Of a DNA stretch of 64,000 nucleotides, positions 37,401-52,576 are shown one piece after another. The first letter of the stretch is position 1. Every line of letters starts with the position of its first letter. This DNA comes from Lama glama. Its lineage: Eukaryota. The stretch is taken from the NCBI GenBank assembly GCA_028534125.1, contig CM052817.1:46440001-46504000 (forward strand). The letters are read 5' to 3'. Position numbers and translations under genes: made by a program. The notes below the pieces were generated by a model that had not been told where the DNA came from, made no database searches, and was given only the letters and a program-made list of their open reading frames with translations.

Positions 37401-39468
37401 CAAAGCCAATTGAAATATATTCCTTCCACCTTCCATCTTTGAACGTCTCATATACTTGTAAAACCTAGCTCATGAGAAAGAGGTCATTATTAATTACTAG
37501 TTATTCCTGAATTTTGCTTTTGTCTCTCTCAAGTTGACTCTAGACTTCAAAATCAGCAGTGATGTGTTATATTTCTCACATGACCTCCCATTAGTTCCGA
37601 GTTCAGTAGCAGACTATGGACATTTGATGACAAAATATGATAACTTTTATTTCTGTAGCATTCTTTAAATTACAAGTGGATCTTAAAGTTAAAGGAGAAA
37701 GAATAGAGTGGTTTACTGTCATTAATCATTTGAAATCCTCTATTTTGAATTGTTTTTTCCCAATGTTGGAAATTGTTTCTGGGTTATTCTTAGGGAGTAT
37801 TCAAATAATGTTTTCATTCTTTGGGACCTGAACTATTGAAAAGAATGCTCAGAAGCCAGTGGGGTATTTTATACTAAATGGAAAAATATATACAACTAAA
37901 GTATCAACCCAAATAAATATTTCATGTGACTTAGAGATTGTTATAAATGATAAGGGAAAATTCTGATTAAGTTATGTTGTGTTGAATATTAACAATGTGG
38001 GAACGTTATTCTAAACTGATCTCTTTCTACAAATCAAAGAGGCACCTAACACATTTGACTATCCTTTATGACTGGATTATCGCATTCTGTTGATTCTTAT
38101 TTTGTAGTTGGCTTTACTCCTTGGATAACTATGTAAGTTTAAAAAGCTAAAGCTCTAATCTGTTCTTAGAAACAATAATTAGTACATATATGTAAACTAA
38201 AAAAATGTGCAGTATACTATATATATATATTTACATGCAATATAATGTGTATGTGCAGTCAAATGTAATAACTCTACCTAATAAAACTGAAAATGTAAAA
38301 AAAAATCAAAGAGGCCTTTAATTATGTGATTTTAGTATTTGACTCAGACCTTTTCAAGTATTTTTCTGAGTTTTTATTTTCTTTTATATCCACTACTCTT
38401 TATATTACCTTTAAGCAATGTTATATATTGCAGTAAGTAAAGATGTAGACATTTCATTATCAGATTAAGCACATCAAAATATCAGTATAAGAGTTTATCA
38501 ATCCATTAGGAGTTCAAGTGGAAAATAGACTTATTTGCTTGCATGCTCAAGAAAAGGAAAAAGCCAGTTACTCTTGGGTTAACCCTGCAATACTCACGCA
38601 GTCTGTCTCCTTCCATATCACTCTTAGCAGTTCAGTGAAGAAGCAGCTTCATTTAGGGATTAACTTTGTTTCAAAGTTGCCCCAGATTTATTGTGATATG
38701 TCAGGAATGTTTTCCCTTCTTTTGTTCATCATCTGTTTTTCCTGCTACCCATTTCAGAGAAAGGATTAAATCAGTGAACTTTGAGTACAAACTGAACTAG
38801 GCTTCAAGTGACCATGGATTGGCTTTTCCTTGCCAGTTATTTCTTGTTCAGCTGTGCAAGCCTGGCCTGCAAAAAATGTTTGTTGACAAGAGATGATACA
38901 TAGGAAAAAAAAAAAAAAGATGAGCATTAAAGTTTCAAATGTTTCCCAAATCCTTGGCTTCTCAGAAATGGGAGCATTCATTACTGTCTTCAGAAATTTG
39001 GTGTAAGCGAAAAAGAGAAAATTTTTGTAGAGATTAGCTATTTTAAATAATTTTTGGGGGGAAGTTGTTTGTCTCATCCTGCAGAGGTCCTTTGTGGAAG
39101 TTAGATGTCTAATACTGTGCTTAGAAATGGCCATCTACTGCACTGTTTTTGACCACCATTATCTTCATAACTTTTTTTAGGAGAAGATCCGCTTCTGTGT
39201 GAACTTACAATGTCTTTCATTCTCATTTAATGTATATTAGAACCTAATGGATTGCTGTTTTAATTAGAATAATTGTGATGTGTTTATATGTGTGCGCCCC
39301 GTATACTTCCTAGAGAATCAGAACTACTCTCTGTTTGCCTCCCTTGTCGCTATTTGAACAAATAGCAAAAACTCAACATTTGGCAAGTATCTAAGGCAAT
39401 GTTCATGAACTTGAAAGTCAGATACACACGTATATCACCACCACCACCACCAAAAATAACATCAATAA

Positions 39469-39835
39469 TGCCATAGTCTGAATGTTTGTGTCTCCCTCAA
39501 AATTCATACATTGAAATTCTAATTCCTAGTGTGATAGTATTAGGAGGCCAGGCCTTTGGGAGGTGACTATGTTTGAAGGGCAGCTTTCTCATAATTGGGA
39601 TTAGTGTCCTTATGAAAAAGGCCTCACAGAGCCCCCTGACTGCTTCCTCCCATGTGAGGACACAGGAGACAGCACCATCTGTGAACCAGGAAATGGGTTC
39701 TTACTAAACATTGAATCTGCCAGCATCTTGATCCTGAACTTCCCAGCATCCAGGACTGTGAACAACAAATTTCTGTTGTTTATAAGCCACCCAGTCCATG
39801 GCATTTTGTTATAGCAGCCCAAATGGACTAAAACA
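39469..39835 (+). mobile_element. MaLR (MLT1A/MST-type) solo LTR
   Basis: TG..GTCTGAATGTTTGTGTCTCCCTCAAAATTCATA..TTGTTATAGCAGCCCAAATGGACTAAAACA. Confidence 0.85.
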
Positions 39836-40534
39836 AACAATAACAACACCAACAAAACAAAGTTCAAAAGAGAAAAATGGCAAGAGAATGTATCTTATAG
39901 TTAATTTTTGTCACAAATATTTTTCATAAATCTAATTACAGATTTCCAATGAAAAAACACTTTAATGTATTTTGAAATATTATTTCCATAAGAATTGGCA
40001 ATTAGGAAATTGATTCCAGTGACATAAGAGGTGTTGCAATGCCAAACCAAAAGTTACAAAAATCCTAGAAATTCTGGCTAGTGTTGAACTATGAGTACTT
40101 TACTAACCCACTGAGATCTTGAAGCATACCTTCCCCTGGAGAGTAAGTTGAGGCCACTTAACAAAATGTTTGGTTTGAATCATTTTGGTTTCAAAAAATT
40201 CAGTGTTAGTAAAGCAGACTGGAATTCATTTTCTTTGGAACAAAATGTTTCATGGAAACAACCCTTATTTTTCCCTAATTTAAATTTGAGAACTAGACTG
40301 GTGAATGCTATGACCAAGGATTATGTCATAGAAAAGAGATAAATAGTAGTAGTTAATGTATTATAAATATACCAGAGCTAGTTTCTTTCACAAGTGATTC
40401 TTTCAGTCATAACCATATGTGATTATGCACAAGTGTTTTTTTTTAATAGTAAATGAAATTTGTGAAAGTTTTATATGAAGTATATCTAATTGGCTTTCCA
40501 AGATGGTTTGAAAATAAAGTCATAATTCAAATTG

Positions 40535-41265
40535 AGGCAGTACAATCCATGAAGGAGAGAATTGACAATCTGGACTTTATTAAAATTAAAATTTTCTGTT
40601 CTGAGAAAGACACTATCAAGAGAATGAAAAGTCAAGCATCAAACAAGGAGAAAATATTTGCAAAAGAATTATTTGATAAAGGGATGTTGTCCAAAATATA
40701 CAAAGAACTCTTAAAACTCAACAATTAGAACACAAATAACATGATTAAAAAATAAGACACAGCAATCCCACTTCTGGGCATATATCTGGAGGGAACTCTA
40801 ATTTGAAAAGGCACATGCACCCCTCAATGTTCATAGTCATACTATTTACAATAGCCAAGATATGGAAACAACCTACATGTCCATCCACAGATGACTGGAT
40901 AAAGAAGTTGTGGTCTATTTATACAGTGGAATACTATTCAGCCATAAAAAGAATAAAATAATGCCATTTGCAGCAACATTGATGGACCTAGAGATCATCA
41001 TTCTAAGTGAAGTGAGCCAGAAATAGAAAGAAAAATACTGTATGATACTACTCATATGTGGAATCTAAAAAAAGAAAAAAGATACTGTGAACTCATCTAC
41101 AAAACAGAGGTGGAGTTGCAGACATAGTAAACAATCTTATGGTTACTGGGGAAATGGGGTGGGAAGGGATAAACTTGGGAGTTCAAGATTTGCAAATGTT
41201 AGCCTCTATATATAAAAATAGATTTAAAAACAAACAAACAAAAACAAACAAAGAAATACAATAAG
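40535..41265 (+). mobile_element. LINE-1 fragments: older ORF2 piece (~40535-40755) followed by a younger L1 3' end (~40758-41260)
   Basis: ORF2-like DNLDFIKIKIFCSEKDTIKRMK; younger piece similar to the 14641-15612 element, flanked by AATAAGA repeats. Confidence 0.8.
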
Positions 41266-42305
41266 ATGGCAGAGAACCAAAAAAAAAAAAAAAGAAAGAA
41301 AAAGAATTATTCCTGGTTGTTTGATGGAAACAACTAAGTGTATGGTGATGCCATTTATTGAGATGTAAAAGACTAGGGATGGAACATGTTGAGATGGTAG
41401 TGGATTTAAGAATTTTTACCTAAACATAAAAGGTTTGAAAAGCCTGTGAAATGTCCAAATGGAAATGTCAAGGGGGAAGTTGTATATGAGTTTGGAACTC
41501 AGGGAAGTAGTCCGTGCTGTGGTTATTACGTGAGAGACCTCAGCACAGAGACCTACTTATGGAATCTATCTAGTGAGAGATCTAAAAAGAAATCATGGTC
41601 TAGAACAGTGCCTTGAGGACCGATATGTAATGATCTCTGGTTGCAGAGTATTTATCCTTATGTTGAAGTCACTTCCTTCTTTCTGCACTATCCAACCTTT
41701 CTCATCTTCCCTAGGTTCTGGCACATTACTTCATACCAATTTTCTACAATTTTTATGACAGCTCTTAAAAACAAATGCTACTATTTGTATATACAGTGGT
41801 CCCATTCCAAAATAAATCTCAGAGAAGTTAACCAACCTGTATCATTTACAGGTCTTATGAATGATAGTTTCTGATTCCAAGGCCCCTGATCTTTTCACTT
41901 GTCCACATTGCCTCCCAAAGAAGTCTTTATGCTGATATCTGGTGGGATGCTAGCATCTGTTCTCAAACTTTCTCAGTGAACTTTACAGAACCTGCTCTTT
42001 TGCTCCTCCCTCCACTGTCCTCAAAAATAGCTTTTTCAACATCAGCACGTAAAAAGGTTTCTATTTTTCCCCACCATTTGGTGGGTATTTAAGGATTTAA
42101 TATACATATCCTTTCCTTTCTGTTCATTTCCTTTCTCTTCCATTTCTTTTCTTCTCTTCTCCAAATTCCAAATATCCACTCAACATTCTTTAACACTCAG
42201 GCTGAGACTGTGGTCTCAGAGGTATTGGTAATCTTTGGTCATTGAACAATCTCTATAGGAGGACTTTTTCAGCATATTTGCCCTTCTGATTATTTTATCA
42301 ATATT

Positions 42306-42378
42306 TCTTTTTTTTAATTGAAGTATAGTCAGTTTACAATGTGTTAGTTTCTGGTGTATAGCATAGTGATTCAGTTAT

Positions 42379-42418
<40 letters not shown>

Positions 42419-42764
42419 TGCTTTTCATATTCTTTTTCATTATAGGTTATTGAATATGGTTCCCTGTGCTCTACAGTAGGACCTTCCTGTTTATCTACTT
42501 TATATGTAGTAGTTAGTATCTGCAAACCCCGAACTCTTAATATATTCCTCTGTCCTTGCCTTTCCCCCAAGTAACCACAAGTTTGTCTTCTATGTTTCTA
42601 TGTAAATAAGTTCATTTGTGTAATTTTTTACATTCCATATATAAGTGATATCATGTAATTTTCTTTCTTTTTCTGGTTTACTTCACTTAGTATGACAATC
42701 TCCAGGTCCATCAATGTTGTTGCGAATGTCATTATTTTATTCTTTTTCATGGCTGAGTAGTATT

Positions 42765-42816
<52 letters not shown>

Positions 42817-43778
42817 CGCGCGCGCGCACGCATACACACCGCATCTTTATCCAATCATCTGTCGATGGTCATTTAAGTTACTTCCATGTCTTGGCTATTG
42901 TAAATAGTGCTGCTAGGAACATTGGGGTGCATGGATCTTTTCAAATTAGAATTTCCTCTGGATATATGCTTAGAAGTTGGATTGTTAGATCATATGGTAA
43001 GTCTATTTTTAGTTTCTTAAATAATCTTTGTACTGTTTTCCATAATGGCTGCACCAAACTACATTTCCACCAACAGTGTAAAAGGGTTCCTTTTTTTCCA
43101 CACTCTTTTCAGCATTCATCATTTGTGGACTTTTGAATGACAGTCATTCTGACTGGTGTGAAGTGATACTTCTTTGTAGTTTTCATTTTTAATTTCTCTA
43201 ATAATTAGCAAAATTGAGCACTTTTTCATGTGCCTATTGGCCATTTGTATGTCTTCAGTGGAGAAATGTTTGTTTAAGTCTTCTGCTTATTTTTGTATTG
43301 GGTTGTTTCTTTGTTTGTTTATTTTGTTATTGAGTTGTATGAGCCCTTTGTAATTATGGAAATTAAACCCTAATCCGTTGCATTGTCTGCAAATATTTTG
43401 TCCATTCCATAGGTTGTCTTTTTGTTTTATTTATGGTTTTCTTTGCTGTGCAAAAGCTTGCAAGTTTAATAGGTCCCATTTGTTTATTTTTGCTTTTATT
43501 TCTATTGCCTGGGTAGGCTGCCCTAGGAGAACATTGCTAAGGTTTACGTCAGAGAGTGTTTTGTTTATGTTCTCCTCCAAGAGGTTTATAGTGTCATAAG
43601 TCTTTAGGCAATTTTGAGTTTATTTTTGTGTGTAGTGTAAGGAAGTGTTCTAACTTCATTGATTTACATGCGGCTTTCCAGTTTTCTCTGACACCACTTG
43701 CCAAAGAAGCAGTTTTTTCTCCATTGTGTATTCTTGCTTCCTTTGTTGAAGATTAATTGAGTGTAGGTGTGTGGGTAT
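42306..43778 (-). mobile_element. 5'-truncated LINE-1 (ORF2 end + 3'UTR)
   Basis: [26 protein letters not shown] motif on minus; T-rich tail at ~42306-42315. Confidence 0.88.
42768..42839 (+). repeat. Compound microsatellite (TG)20(CG)9(CA-rich)
   Basis: TG repeat 42769-42808, CG repeat 42809-42826. Confidence 0.95.
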
Positions 43779-46700
43779 TCCTCCTTACTTATCATCAAGG
43801 CAACCTCATTCACTCCTTTCTTGGTCTTATTCTTATCTCAGAAAGACTGCCAGGGGAGTTGATCCGTTCAGCTGTAAGGCTGGAGCCAGACCTCATCCTG
43901 CTCCAGCTGTTTGATGGTTCTTTCGTTTAAACCACAATTGCCCACCTCAAGAGGGGGTTGTATTACCTTCTTTCTCTATGGGTGGACATGCTTAGAGGAA
44001 GACTTTCCACAAACTTTATTCCACTCATCTTCAGAGCAGATGTCTTTCCCCGAAGTCCCACAGCAGATGTGATTTAAATGTTGAATTTTGCATTGAAACA
44101 TTTGTTTTGTGTTCATCAAAGAGACTTTTCCTCTTCAGTGTCTGACTTAAGGATTCATTTATCACTGGTCAATTTATCCAGTATTGAAATTTGTGGGAAA
44201 CCCCTCATACTTAACGACAGAGGTAAGAATGAGCTGTCTGTTGACTAGCAGCATGAGATGTTGGAGTGCCCGTTCAGAGTCCCAGTAAAAACAATATTAA
44301 TGCCCAACTGCTCATTCCTGTGTCTGTGATCAGTTAGTTCTGAGAGAGTTTTCATCGGTCTGGCTGCCTTAATTATGTTATTACCTGTGATACAAATCTT
44401 CACATTTAATGTTTTGGTACATACTGAAATTGTGAATTGACTCCAAATCTATTCAAACATGCTTATGAATCACAGAAATCTTAAATGGTATTATGATTGG
44501 ATGTGAGCTAATTATTTAGAAGATTTACCAACCTATTAAAGGTATGTATATTGGGTAAATGGGAAGAAAATAGAAATAACAGAGTAAACATGGAAAAACT
44601 TGTTCTTAAAGAATTTTTGATCTTATTATTGTTGTGATTGAACATAGGAATATAATTCTATATCTACATCATACTATAATTCAGCTATCACCTCTCCAAA
44701 TGCTGGGATTATAAAGACGTTTCTTGCTTGTATTTTTCTACATCATTTGATGGCCATGTTGACTGATGCAGGAGTTGGTTTCCTCTGGCAATGGTTGCTG
44801 ATGTTGAGAAAAGTTAGTCTTAATTATCCTTATGCTGCTGGAACACGTGATACTGGTTATTGGCCAACAAAAATGACAGGATGTGGTGTAACATGACGCA
44901 CTAAATTCTCTGCTGAGTCAGTTTTTAAATTTTTCTCAACTACCTTCCTCTTTCCATCTGGCACTTGACTTGACTTCTCTTCATGAAATCTAAAGACCTA
45001 ACTAGGTCAACACTAGAAAGACTGCGACTATTGGTGTTCTATGTACCTCTTACTCTAAACAAGTATTTTAACAGGTGAGAAAGGTGAGAAAGATCTTAGC
45101 TACCTAATATTTGCTGCAGTGGAAGGCCAGTGTCTTGGCTCTCCTGATTCTCTTATTTTCTCTTTCTTTCATTATCCCACCACTAGCCAGCCCCATTCCA
45201 CCATATAGTAAGCAACAGCTAATATTTGATGACAATTTCTTTGTGGCAGATACACTTTATGAATTATCTTCATTTAATCCTCCCCCAAACACACTAATTT
45301 AGCACATTTTTGGATAAGTGTGTAGAGGTTTGGAGAGGTTGAATGACTTGACTGAAGTCACACAGGAATGTGGTGAAACTGGAGTTCAAAATCAGGCTGT
45401 TTGACAGTAGAGTCAGTACAGGTAACCACCGCTTGATAGTCTTCCTTGCCTCTCCCGAGGTCCACTTTGCATACGCACAACTTTACCTGCCAAGGAGGAT
45501 GGGATGTGACCATTTCTGATGGCAAGCAGGTGCGTCAGAGATGCACTGTGAATTTTCATGTTCTTGCCACCCATCCCCACCCATTTCTCCATGTCTGTCT
45601 CACCATCTCTTCTTTTTCTATGCCATTCATTCATTTGTCAAATATTTATTGAGCTTCTACCAAGAAATGCTTCCACCATGGAAGATATAACAATAAACCA
45701 AATGAAATTTCTCTCTCAAGGAAAAGTCATTCTATTGGGGGTGACAATTGACAAATTATAGATGTGTGTGTTTATATATAGACACACATATAAATATATA
45801 CATAGACTTCATGTATATTTTATAGAGTGATGTAAGAAGGAGTCTAACACTATTATATTTGAGCAAAACATTGAAAGAAGTGACAGAAAAATTTTACACG
45901 CTTTGGGAAAAAAAGTATTCCAGGCAGACACACTAGCAGGTGCAAAGATCCCAGGATAGGAATTTGCTTAGTATATTTAAGGACCAATGTGGCTGAACAG
46001 TTAGAGATGGTAAGATTTGTGCCTCTTAGGGTATGAGGAGATCTTTGGATTTCTTCTAGGTGAATTATAAAGCCATTTGGGGGCTTTCAAACAGAAGAGT
46101 GAAATGATCTCTCTTTTTCAAAGTTTACCATGCACTATGTGAACCAGGGAGGCAAAGATGAAGAGAGAACAGTGCAAACAGTTTTAAGACAGATTGGGTG
46201 CAAGATCATGATGCTTTGTAGCAGGAGCCTTGAAGCTGGTGAGAAGTCGCTGGGTTGTGGGTGTCTTTGAAAGGTAGAGCTGACGGGACTTGCTCATGAA
46301 TTGAGTGCATGGCATGAAATACGTGATGCATTAAGGGTGGCTCTGTGATTAGCATGAACAAGTAGAAACATGAAGTTGCAATCATTGAGATAGGGAAACT
46401 CAAGGAGAAGGTTGGAAGGGGAATGGCTTGGGGTTTAAAATTTTATGTTGGTCTCGTTAATGTTAGAAATTCCTATTAGATCACCCAAGTGATGATATAA
46501 AGTATTCAACAGTTGCATATAGTACTGGGTGGTTCAGCAGAGAGATTTGGGCTTAAATTATACAAACTTAGGAGTGATTATCACATGGATGGCATTTGAA
46601 GTTAAAGAATTGGATTAGGTCACTTACATAAGTGAGTATAGAATAAAGAAGAGAAGATTTCCTTTAATTGTTCTAAATCTTAGTTGCACATCAGAATCTC

Positions 46701-49700
46701 CAAAGGACTTTAAAATACATACAAATATCAGCGCTCTACCACAAACTCATCAAATCAAAATCTTTGCAAGTAGAACCCAGAAATTCTATATTGTCAGTCA
46801 GCTTCCCTAGGTGATTGATTATGTAGAAACTGACATATGTTTGGGAATTAGTACTACAACTATTTGTTTATGTTATACTAGGAATTAATTTTTAATGCTA
46901 AGAAGATATTTCCGTCCATATAAGCTGGCTTCTACTCAAGTCCAAGTTATGGTTTTTCCCTTACCCTAAGTATTCTACCCATATCCATCTTCACCTCTGT
47001 TTTCGCACAATCAGCTCATACAATCTCCTCAAAGAATAAATCTTCAGTGCCATCTTATTGCTCTCAAAGGCAACAATTCTTTACATGGCCTGAAATACCC
47101 TGCCTGGTGTTGGCCATCTCTCTCTCTCTACCTCATCGGGCCCATCCCCCACACCTTGCTTACTGCACTGCAACCAAATACTGGCTTTCCTCAGCCTCAA
47201 AGTCATATCTACATCCTCTTGTCCCCAGGTTTTGCACGCTATATCCTCTGATGACTTTTTGCTCCCTTTTTTAACCTAATGAACTCTTACTCACTTTTTG
47301 ACTTCAGTTCTATCATCATTTCCTTAGAAAGACCTTGCTGACTAAGCCAAATCCCCACATGATAGTAGATTATGAAATACATGTAGGAAAGTAGGACCAG
47401 CATTTTTCTTAAAAAGAAAAAAAGAATAGAATGGAATAAAAAAAAACGCAGAGTGGGTTGCAAATGATAAGAATTATCTCATAAATTTTTGCTTCTGGGT
47501 GCACTCAGAGGATGATGCACTCCCCTTGTAACAGTCTGATAGTTGCAATAGTCTGTGTGTATGATTACCAGCATAATGACTGACTCTCTCGTTAAACTGT
47601 AGATCCCATGAGGCCAAAGGACTGTGTCTGCTTTTCATTTTATCCGTAGTCCTTGATCAAGTGCCTAGCCCTTATCTAAACACTCAAAGCATGTTTGTGG
47701 GAAGGAGGCAAGAAAGAAGACAGATGTGGGAATTTACGTTGGGAGCAGGGTAAGCCTGTAGCCTGTGCCATCACACTTCATAGGCCCTAACTAACTTTGC
47801 CAAGGCGATTCTGTGGGTTCGTTGATCTCACATGTGAAAACCACAAGGTTTCCCATAGTGTTTATTTTTAATAGTGTTTATTTTTAATAGTTTTAAATAA
47901 ATAGTGAAATGCCTTCATTTGCAAGTTATTACGTGAAATGGTAAGCTCAGGAAATCTGATATTGCTGCAAATTGCGTTGTTTCTTGAGAAGATTAGAAAC
48001 CCGAGTCTTCCTGAGAACTACAGTAAAGATCTTCATGTGTTTTAATTCTGGAAATTTATGAAAAATTTAGAGATGATATCAGAACGAATAAATGAGTGTC
48101 TTATTTCTGCCTGGGGATACTTTTTCTTCCCCTTGGCATGTCTTTCACTCACTCTTATAATCAATGTTTCCAGCCTTTCCCACTCTATCCGTTGTAATTT
48201 TTCTGTTTCAAGTGTTAGAAAACCCAACCCAAACCAGTTTCCAGAGAAAAGGGAAATTGGCTATTTCACTGAACATTGCAGCTGGTAATTAGATTCAAGT
48301 GTAGCTGAATCCAAGACACTGGTATCCTGGCCCCACTTCCCTGGTGCTGGCTCCATTCTTGGGTTCCATGTGGTTGCAGGATGGTGTCTGGTAATCTCAG
48401 TCCCTCTGTGCTCCTAAGTTCCTCAGTGTATTTCCCAGCAAAATTTCCCCCTTTGTCCCATTAAGGTTCAAATCTGTCCTTGAGCCAATCACTTTGTGCA
48501 AAGAAATGTAATACTCTGATTGACCAGACCTAGTCATGTGTCTAGGGTGGATTCAACTTTTTGTAAAATTCAAGGACTGAGAATGGGGTGGCGGGTGAGA
48601 TGGTTCCTTGGAGGGAAATCAAGGTATAGGTACCAGAAGGAAAGTGAACCAACGGCAACAGCAACCATCAAGCACCCCACCTGTTGTAACCCCCTCCCCT
48701 CTCACTTTCAGCAAATGATCTTCCTTTTTACCTGCAGAGATCATAAAGTTAATCATCCTTTCTTCATCTTTGTATCTATCTATAACAGCTCTCACTCATT
48801 TTATCAATTATCTTATTTCTTTTGTTCATTTACTCTTTCTTTTTTCTCCCATAAACCTGTTCAAAGTTTTCCATCTTTAATAAAACGTCTCTGGAATCTA
48901 CAACTCCCTTAGGTTATCAGCCAATTTTCTTCCTTTCCATAACCAGGTTTCTCAATAGCTTTTTTTCCTCTATTAACTTCTCTTTCATTTACTCCTAATC
49001 TTGTGACAATGTAGTTTCCACCTTTATCAAAATTGCTGTGACTAACATTACCAATAGCCTTAAAATGGCCCCAAAATGCCTACTTTCAGTTCTTCTCATT
49101 TATGTTTTATTGACCTCACAGAAGAAACAGGGCCTAAGTATATTCTTCAAATTTTCTCTCCTCTACAGCTCTGCTACCATTGCCATTCAAGTTTCCATGA
49201 TCCCTCCCTAAATATTTCTACAGATTTCTACATGATTTTCTTGCAATCAACCTCTCCTCCCTTGAGTACAGCAGACCACAGTCATCAGTTAAATTTAAAA
49301 ACTTAAATGGGATCATGTTACTCTGTTTAAAACCTGTATTGAAACTTACAAGATGAAACAATTCTCTCCCATACCATTAAAGCAGGCTGTGAATTGTGAT
49401 CAGTAGTGAGATGTGGCAGAGTAGTTTGTTACCAATAAAATAACAACAGTTTTCTTTTTTTTTTTTGCATTTTACTTTTGAATTAAAAAATAGGTCTCAA
49501 GATAATAATTTTATTTTTACAAATCTCACTCATTTGCATTCTAATATACTACCTTAACTGGAAGAGAAATAGGAGAATGCATAGCCAAAGTACTGAAGCT
49601 TAGAGATAACCTTCCCTTATATCCATGAGTGTATCTTATACATATACGAGCATCATCTATCACTTGAAGCAGAAAAAAACGTCGAAAAACACAGCTTAGA

Positions 49701-49894
49701 ATACAGAGTCCCTCATGATCTAGACCTTCTCCTATTTTGCTCCTGATCACTGTCCCTGCTAAGTGCATTATACTCTAGCCATACCAGGTTTTTTTTATAG
49801 TTCCTAAAATGTGTTATATTCTCTAGTGTCTCTGTTGGTCTCTTCTATAATCAATGTACTCACATCACAAACTCCTACTTACCCCTTGAGATTC

Positions 49895-50243
49895 AATTTT
49901 TTAATTGAGATATAGTTGATGTATAGTATTATATGTTACAGGTTTACAACATAGTGATTCACAATTTTTAAAGTTTATACTCTGGTTATAGTTAGCATAA
50001 ACGAATGGCTATGTTCCTGGTGTTGTACGATATAGCCCTGTATCTTATTTATTTTATATGTAATAGTTTGTACCTCTTAATTCCCTACCCCTACCTTGCC
50101 TCTTCCCCCTTCCCTCTCCCCACTGGTAACCACTAGTTTGTTCTCTACATCTGTGAGTCTGTTTCCTTTTTGTTATATTCACTAGTTGTTTTATTTTTTA
50201 ATTCCTCATTAAAGTGTTAACATACAACATTTGTGTTTCTCTA
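49895..50243 (-). mobile_element. LINE-1 3'-end fragment
   Basis: Similar to the 3'UTR of the 42306 element (CACTGGTAACCACTAGTTTGTTCTCTACATCTGTGAGTCTG). Confidence 0.75.
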
Positions 50244-52458
50244 AAAGTCACCTCCTCCAGGATGCCTTCTGAGCCTGTCAGGAGGTGTCTCTCCTCTGTG
50301 CTCTCACAAGACTTGGTTGACAGCTTTGCTGTAGCTTTCAAAGCATAGAATTATCATATGACTGTTTATGTGTGTTTTTCTGATTAGAGAATGAACAACT
50401 TACAGGTAACACCATATGCCAATCATTCATCTTTGCTTTTCCAGCAGCACAACCAAGAACAGTGCCTGGCAGATAGTAAATCTCATGTGTTTGTGGGATG
50501 AATTACTTTTTTAGACTATACTGAGTGGCTCCCACATTCATGAAGGATAAAACAGAAAGCCAGTGAAAGAGTCATGGTTATAATTTTATTATCTTTAATG
50601 ATGTTCTTTGAAAGTAACATTCTTAAAACTATCTTTCAAAATTATTTATTATTTGGCTTTCATATAATTAGATCCTACATTCTTTTCTTAATTCAAATGA
50701 AGAAAATCTATTTTCCTCACAAAATGTGAGTTCCTTGAAAACAGAAATTACATCATATCTTCTTAGGATCTAGCAAATGTCTGACATATAGTAGGGAGTT
50801 TTGCTGAAATCAAAATAATAAAACCTTCAAATATGAGGTCACGGTGCATAAAACTTCTACCGGAATACAGGTTAAATTGGTATAGGTTTTCTCTAAAGAT
50901 AAGATCATTAACTAGTACTTACTTAAAATTATACTACTTTGATTCCTAAATGGCCCCATTCATCCTTACTTCTGTGTTCCATGTTTACTCATGACCCTCT
51001 CCAGCTCTGTCTGCACGTATAGGTCAGACTGACCTTAAAATACTCAACACAAAGTCCAATTCATCTTTGCATCTGGGGACTCAATCCTTCCTTTCATTAA
51101 GGCTATCCTAATGACTGTTGCCTTCCTGGACTTTTAATTCACTTATTGCTTTCACAGCACACACAGTACCTTCTCATACACTATGCTTTTCTTAGATTAT
51201 AGTCCTGTATCATTCAGAATATAAATGCTGATTTCCCATACTATCTAGTTTTATTAAAAGTTTCATATGTACAACTTGTCATCCCAAATATATTGTAATT
51301 TCTTTGTAAGTAACTACTAGGCTGTAAATTATGTTACACTTTTTACAGTGATGAAATTGTTGACCTTTTCATGAAACATCCTCCCCGGTGCTAGGGAATG
51401 GCCTCCAGTTCAATCTCCACCTTTTACCTGTTTTCTTGGGACTGTGTAGTATTCTAGTTTTTGAATAAAGTTCAGCTGCCTTGAACTTAGGATCGAAAGG
51501 TACTTCTGAGAAGAGAGAAATTATTTGGCCTCAGAGTGGAGGGAGAAAAGAGAAAGTCTTAAGGAATACTAAGAGGAAAGAACTCTTAAGCTCCCAGAAA
51601 GGAGAAGTAACTCAAGTTATAGACTTATGTATTATCAAAATTCACTTAAAAATAATTTAAAATCATGGCTCAGGTACATAGTGAGAAAGTGCCAAAGGAG
51701 CTATTTAACTTATTATTGAGGGAGCTTGAGGAATAATAAATGCTGGTTCAAAGAAAGAGAGAAGACATACACATGAATCAATGGGCGGGGAGGGAAATGC
51801 TGGAATTAAATTACAAAGCTAGATAAAAACTGACTAGTATCCTATGGAATAATGCAATTGTAACATTTGATGATATTTTACTCTATTGGATAGGAATTAT
51901 TTATATTGTTAATGGAAAAAAAAACCAATTTGCATTTGTCAGTCCCCTATAAAATAGCATTTAACTTTATAGAGGTTGGATGTAATCAATAATAAATAGA
52001 AAATCAAACACAATTACATTCCCTAGAGAGAGAGGTTCAATTTATGTGGGCTTTTTAGACAATACTCTGGTATATTATGAGAAAGTTATGCAGTAATCTT
52101 CTTGACTTATTTTCAAATTTCAGAATTTTTTTTCCCTGACAGTATAAATTAACAAAGACATCCACATGCCCAGGTTGGCAGGGGAAGATAAAATAGGGTT
52201 ATCTTCAGCTGCTAGGAAGGAAGGAAGTTGTGTGCCACAAGACAAGAGAAGTTAGAGACGGAGTATTCCATCCTCACGTTCCAGATGATTGACCTAAACA
52301 TACTGAAAACACAGCTTAGCAGTGGATCAGCTGATGTGGGAAAAGCCAGGACCTGAGCCCTCTTAGGAGGTTGGTTCAAACTGTAAACTTAGGCCTGCTG
52401 CTGGGGGATTACTAAGGGCTTTCAACTCATAGCACATAATTTAAGAAGATGGCTCAGG

Positions 52459-52576
52459 GTGGGAGAGCATAGCTCAGTGGTAGAGTGTGTGCTTAGCATG
52501 CACAAGGTCCTGGTTTCAATCCTCAGTACTGTCATTAAAATAAATAAGTCTAATTGCTTCCCCCCTAACCATAAAA
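52459..52576 (+). mobile_element. tRNA-derived camelid SINE (Vic-1-like) with 16-bp TSD
   Basis: A box TAGCTCAGTGG, B box GTTTCAATCC; TSD AAGAAGATGGCTCAGG (52443-52458) / AAGAAAATGGCTCAGG (52577-52592). Confidence 0.88.

Noticed and set aside
47854..47892. Short tandem duplication ATAGTGTTTTATTTTTA
   Set aside because: Simple slippage duplication without spacers or evident function; not an array.
52459..52535. tRNA gene (also 30385-30512 and 57067-57192)
   Set aside because: A/B boxes are followed by a shared non-tRNA tail, and two of the three copies have clear TSDs: these are SINEs.
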